A DNA stretch of 64,000 bases from Candidatus Binatia bacterium (GTDB taxonomy: Bacteria > Desulfobacterota > Binatia > Bin18). The stretch is from NCBI GenBank assembly GCA_963666315.2, contig CAXXHG010000015.1, forward strand, positions 128,001 through 192,000, written 5' to 3'. Position 1 is the stretch's first letter; each line of letters begins with the position of its first letter. This document shows, piece after piece, positions 60,628 through 64,000 of this stretch. The translations under genes and the position numbers were made by a program. The notes beneath the pieces are model-generated. The model did no database searches. It worked only from the letters and a program-made list of their open reading frames with translations, and was not told where the DNA came from.

Positions 60628-60636
60628 CCCCCACGC

Positions 60637-61290
60637 ATGTCGGCTCCCCAGGCCCAAGAGCTTCGGTCCCAGCAGCTCATCTGGGGGGCGCTTGGGCTAG
60701 TCCTGGCTGGCGTTATTGGCTACGGCGCGTGGTCTAGCTTCTCAGCCCCTTCAGACTCAGTGCTATCAGGTAGGCTGCCTATCTATGGCCAAGTCCCGGA
60801 ATTCTCGCTGATCGAGCGCAGTCAGCAACCCGTTACACACACCGACCTTCTTGGGTCAATCTGGATCGCCGACTTTATTTTTACTCATTGTCCGGGCATG
60901 TGCCCAATGTTGAGCCAGCGCATGTCACGCTTGCAGAAGACTCTGCACAACGAACCCGTCCGTTTGCTCTCTTTTAGTGTTGACCCTGAACGAGACACAC
61001 CCCAGGTCTTACAGCGTTATGCCCAGCGCTACCACGCGGATGCGCTGCGCTGGCTCTTCTTGACCGGCGAGCGCAGCCAGATGTATGCCCTTATTCAACA
61101 CGGGTTTCAGCTCAGTGTGGAAGCCCTGGACCCACATGACCCACGGCTGACCACAAGTGAGCCTATCGTACACAGTAACCGTTTTGTATTAATAGACCCG
61201 CAGCTCCACATCAGGGGCTATTACCGTGGGGATGATACCGCATCGATGGAACAACTGCTTCTCGATATTGAGACCCTCAAACAGGAATAG
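60637..61290 (+). CDS. SCO family copper chaperone
   Basis: FIFTHCPGMCP, SVDPERDTP, VHS. Confidence 0.92.
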   Translation: MSAPQAQELRSQQLIWGALGLVLAGVIGYGAWSSFSAPSDSVLSGRLPIYGQVPEFSLIERSQQPVTHTDLLGSIWIADFIFTHCPGMCPMLSQRMSRLQKTLHNEPVRLLSFSVDPERDTPQVLQRYAQRYHADALRWLFLTGERSQMYALIQHGFQLSVEALDPHDPRLTTSEPIVHSNRFVLIDPQLHIRGYYRGDDTASMEQLLLDIETLKQE

Positions 61291-61315
61291 CCAAGCGAGG
61301 ATCACAATACAGCGT

Positions 61316-61894
61316 TCATTTAGGCACTGCTCGCTGAGCGGCTCCGGCCTGCGTAAGGGGGGTCACAACCTCGGCGTGCTGCTTACCGCCCATATTCCAT
61401 AACCGCCGGTCACGGGCACGGCTCAGGGCCGTTGCTCCGGATGCCGTATTTGCTGCGACGTCTACCCCTTGCTCAAGAAAGAACCTGACCATATCTGCAT
61501 GACCATAGATAGCGGCACGCATCAATGCCGTCGTTCCATCCGCAGTCCCTGCGTTAATATCAGCCCCAGCACCGAGTAAGATCCACGCTATGGCGTCCTT
61601 TCCTTCCGCCGCCGCCCACATCAGAGCCGTGTACCCATACGCATCCCGGGCTTCGATATCAGACCCGGCATCGATCTGCTGTAAAAGACGCTGCGGATCA
61701 TTTTCCTTCACTGTCGCGATAACAGCGGGATCTGCTGGGCGGACATATTTTTTATCCTCGCCCATGCCCTGACCGAGCCTCTCGAAAGGGACACTAAAGG
61801 GATCCGTCCATTGCGGAGTAAGCACCGGCGTTTTGCCCGATTGAGGCCACAGCAACAACAAGAGCAGCAGAAGCATCCAAAACCATATCCACAT
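61316..61894 (-). CDS. membrane-anchored/secreted ankyrin repeat protein
   Basis: GYTALMWAA, GTTALMRAA, GATAL; N-terminal hydrophobic segment. Confidence 0.85.
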   Translation of the reverse strand: MWIWFWMLLLLLLLLWPQSGKTPVLTPQWTDPFSVPFERLGQGMGEDKKYVRPADPAVIATVKENDPQRLLQQIDAGSDIEARDAYGYTALMWAAAEGKDAIAWILLGAGADINAGTADGTTALMRAAIYGHADMVRFFLEQGVDVAANTASGATALSRARDRRLWNMGGKQHAEVVTPLTQAGAAQRAVPK

Positions 61895-62012
61895 ACCCTG
61901 CTGCTGTCGGCTGAAATCCCCAGCTATTTATGGCTGCTGTATTTTTTTAAGCAGGCACTCCCTTGACTCGGATAGGAAGAATGGCCTAATTTTTTAGGGG
62001 CATAAAGTAAAT

Positions 62013-62483
62013 ATGATGCGATTTGTGGCCATCCCGCTACTCTGTCTCGGTATAGTCCTGTTTTTTCGGACATCTGACGAAGAAGCTGTCGAACTGAGAC
62101 AAAAACCTCTGGTCAGGACCTCTGCATCAGCACTGGACCAAGAGTATTACAACGATCGACAGGCCGCTGAGCAAAAATACCGAGACAACGTTATCCAGGT
62201 ATCGGGCACGGTTTTACGTGTGGAGCAAGACGGCTCGGGGCAAATTTCCGTCATTTTACAAGGGGCCCAGTCAAGACTCAGTGGTATTGAGTGCCAGGTG
62301 AACCGGACGCAGATGCAGGAAGTCCAACAACTCCGAGCAGGCCAACAGATCATCGTCAAAGGCTATGGAGCCGGAAAAACGATTCATGTGCGCCTCAGAG
62401 GCTGTCTCGTCGTCCATTCCACCCATGAGTCCTCCAGAGAGAGGAATCCCACGCGACTGGCGGAACACGATCTGACAGGCTAA
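62013..62483 (+). CDS. OB-fold (tRNA_anti-like) membrane-anchored protein
   Basis: YYNDRQAAEQKYRDNVIQVSGTV...LRAGQQIIVKG...LRGC. Confidence 0.75.
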   Translation: MMRFVAIPLLCLGIVLFFRTSDEEAVELRQKPLVRTSASALDQEYYNDRQAAEQKYRDNVIQVSGTVLRVEQDGSGQISVILQGAQSRLSGIECQVNRTQMQEVQQLRAGQQIIVKGYGAGKTIHVRLRGCLVVHSTHESSRERNPTRLAEHDLTG

Positions 62484-62515
62484 CCTGTCCACTCAGAAAC
62501 AAGGAGGTCCCAGCC

Positions 62516-62893
62516 ATGAAAACCCTATTAAGCATCATGCTGCTCATGCCCTTCCTTCCTCCGCATCTCGCTGCCCAGTCTTCATATTCCATTCGCCCAG
62601 GATCTTCAGGCTCACTACTGGGTGGAGGCTCGGCAATAGGGGGCCAAGAAGAGGCAGCTGGCGACACGGGGAATACGTTGGAGGAACGACTCGATATGCG
62701 CCTGCGGTATCCGGAACTATACGGGGGAAATCTTGCGGCAGGAGCCAGCGCGGAGGAAGCGGCCAGTGATACGACAAACGGTGAAGAAGAACGGCTCGAC
62801 ATGCAAACCCGCTACCCAGAGCTGTATCTTAGCGACAAGTTGTTTGATGACGGACAACTCTTATCAACCCAAGGCTCGGGACGAGCAGAGTAA
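62516..62893 (+). CDS. secreted hypothetical protein with two internal repeats
   Basis: RBS AAGGAGG; signal peptide; EERLDMRLRYPELY / EERLDMQTRYPELY. Confidence 0.65.
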   Translation: MKTLLSIMLLMPFLPPHLAAQSSYSIRPGSSGSLLGGGSAIGGQEEAAGDTGNTLEERLDMRLRYPELYGGNLAAGASAEEAASDTTNGEEERLDMQTRYPELYLSDKLFDDGQLLSTQGSGRAE

Positions 62894-62972
62894 CTCTGCG
62901 TACCCCTCTCACTCCTGCGTGACGCCTGAAAACATTGCCTCGTCTGTCTTGATATGATACTTCAGCTGCCAC

Positions 62973-63044
62973 GCCTTCGTGGTGAAATGGATATCATACA
63001 GGTCTCCGGAACCTGGGGTCCGGGTTCGATTCCCGGCGAAGGCA
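62973..63044 (+). tRNA. tRNA-Arg (CCG)
   Basis: Acceptor stem GCCTTCG/CGAAGGC, anticodon arm CAGGT-CTCCGGA-ACCTG, T arm CCGGG-TTCGATT-CCCGG; CCA not encoded. Confidence 0.93.
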
Positions 63045-63126
63045 ATGCTTCTTACTCGGCCGTGCATACCTCATCGCGCGCGAAAAAAATACAACATTTC
63101 ACCGGACGCTGTTTCGGGAGGCAGTC

Positions 63127-63526
63127 ATGGGTCGGAAGAAGATTCTGGTAGTGGAAGATAACGAAGACATCATGATATACTCGCGTATCGACTACGCAAG
63201 ATCGGCGACTTCGAGATCAGGGAGGCCAGCCACGGACAAGAAGCTCTTGATCTCATACTGCAGGACCCTCCCGACCTCATATTCCTCGACTTAAAGTTAC
63301 CCATTCTCGATGGCTGGGAAACGCTCGCCGGATCCGACAACTGCAGAGTCCAGCTTGTAAGGTCCCTATTATTGCATTGACCGCGCAAGCCATGGTTGGA
63401 GATGAAGAAAAGGCACTCGCCGCAGGGTGCGACGATTACATCGCTAAACCGATTATCGACGCGAATCTGGTAACGGAAAAAATCGAACGCCTCCTTGTCC
63501 AAGATCATTCGTACAAAGCGACCTAA
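63127..63526 (+). pseudogene. single-domain response regulator (DivK-like), two frameshifts
   Basis: KKILVVEDNED | [17 protein letters not shown] | [30 protein letters not shown] in different frames. Confidence 0.85.
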
Positions 63527-63605
63527 GCCCTTCCTGATACGTACACTGAGTCGGGTGAAACGCGAACCACGTATATAGAGACTTGACGTTCGGGGAAAGA
63601 TCTAT

Positions 63606-64000
63606 TTATCCCTCGGCCAACTTGTGTAGGCTGACCCCAAACGGTTCACAATAGCCGGACTCACGTGGATACACTGCTCGCCTGAGTACGGCATGCATTT
63701 GGGGCAGGTTGTAGAATGGGATAGAGGGATACAGATGATGCTCAAGGTGGTAGTTCACATTCTTGGGCGCAAAAAAGAAGCCGAGCCAGGCCGGAATAAA
63801 ATAGGTCCGGGTTTGTCGATATGGGTTATGCGGATCAGGCACATTCCCGTGTTCGATAGCACCCCGGATACGGAAAAAGACTTGGGTCCATGTACAATAC
63901 GGCACCAACCAATACAGCAAGAACATGAGTGCGGCCTGGCTCCCAACCAGCCACAGCCCTCCGATTCCCACCACACTCCAAAATAGGTAAAAGACCCACA
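63606..64000 (-). CDS. fatty acid desaturase family protein, C-terminal part (runs off window end)
   Basis: RGAIEHG, NYHLEHHLYPSIPFYNLP histidine box. Confidence 0.85.
   Translation of the reverse strand, partial: WVFYLFWSVVGIGGLWLVGSQAALMFLLYWLVPYCTWTQVFFRIRGAIEHGNVPDPHNPYRQTRTYFIPAWLGFFFAPKNVNYHLEHHLYPSIPFYNLPQMHAVLRRAVYPRESGYCEPFGVSLHKLAEG

Noticed and set aside
62973-63120. tRNA-Arg as an island integration site
   Set aside because: No integrase and no duplicated tRNA 3' end seen in the window
1-64000. CRISPR array, rRNA or prophage
   Set aside because: No regularly spaced repeats, rRNA motifs, cas genes or phage structural genes seen

Overview
Bacterial chromosomal window. The gene set (several F420-dependent LLM oxidoreductases, a GEKRLMLAVL-type hypothetical, cyclase-ATPase fragments, an ankyrin protein) suggests Candidatus Binatia or related Deltaproteobacteria, possibly host-associated; this is inference. 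Intact genes include modABC, cysS, acs, an EthA-type monooxygenase, mlaEFD-mlaA-mlaC, a GH65 phosphorylase, pyk, asmA, lpxD, a full A1-type cytochrome c oxidase operon and tRNA-Arg(CCG). They are interleaved with about 20 pseudogenes or fragments: IS6 copies, molybdenum-storage protein genes, an ACIII/cox operon collapsed by a large deletion, PhaC, a GGDEF protein, TpsB and a DUF4258 toxin, plus single homopolymer frameshifts in hisG and otsB. Two signals missed by the ORF track stand out. (1) A decayed AhpD-like selenoprotein gene with a C-F-Y-UGA motif and a SECIS-like hairpin (17.5-18.2 kb). (2) Two copies of one promoter architecture: paired GTCAC-N4-GTGAC palindromes exactly 51 bp apart in front of a sigma70-like promoter. 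One copy precedes phaC; the other precedes a highly structured, apparently non-coding element at about 45.45-45.58 kb, suggesting an undescribed regulon containing an sRNA.
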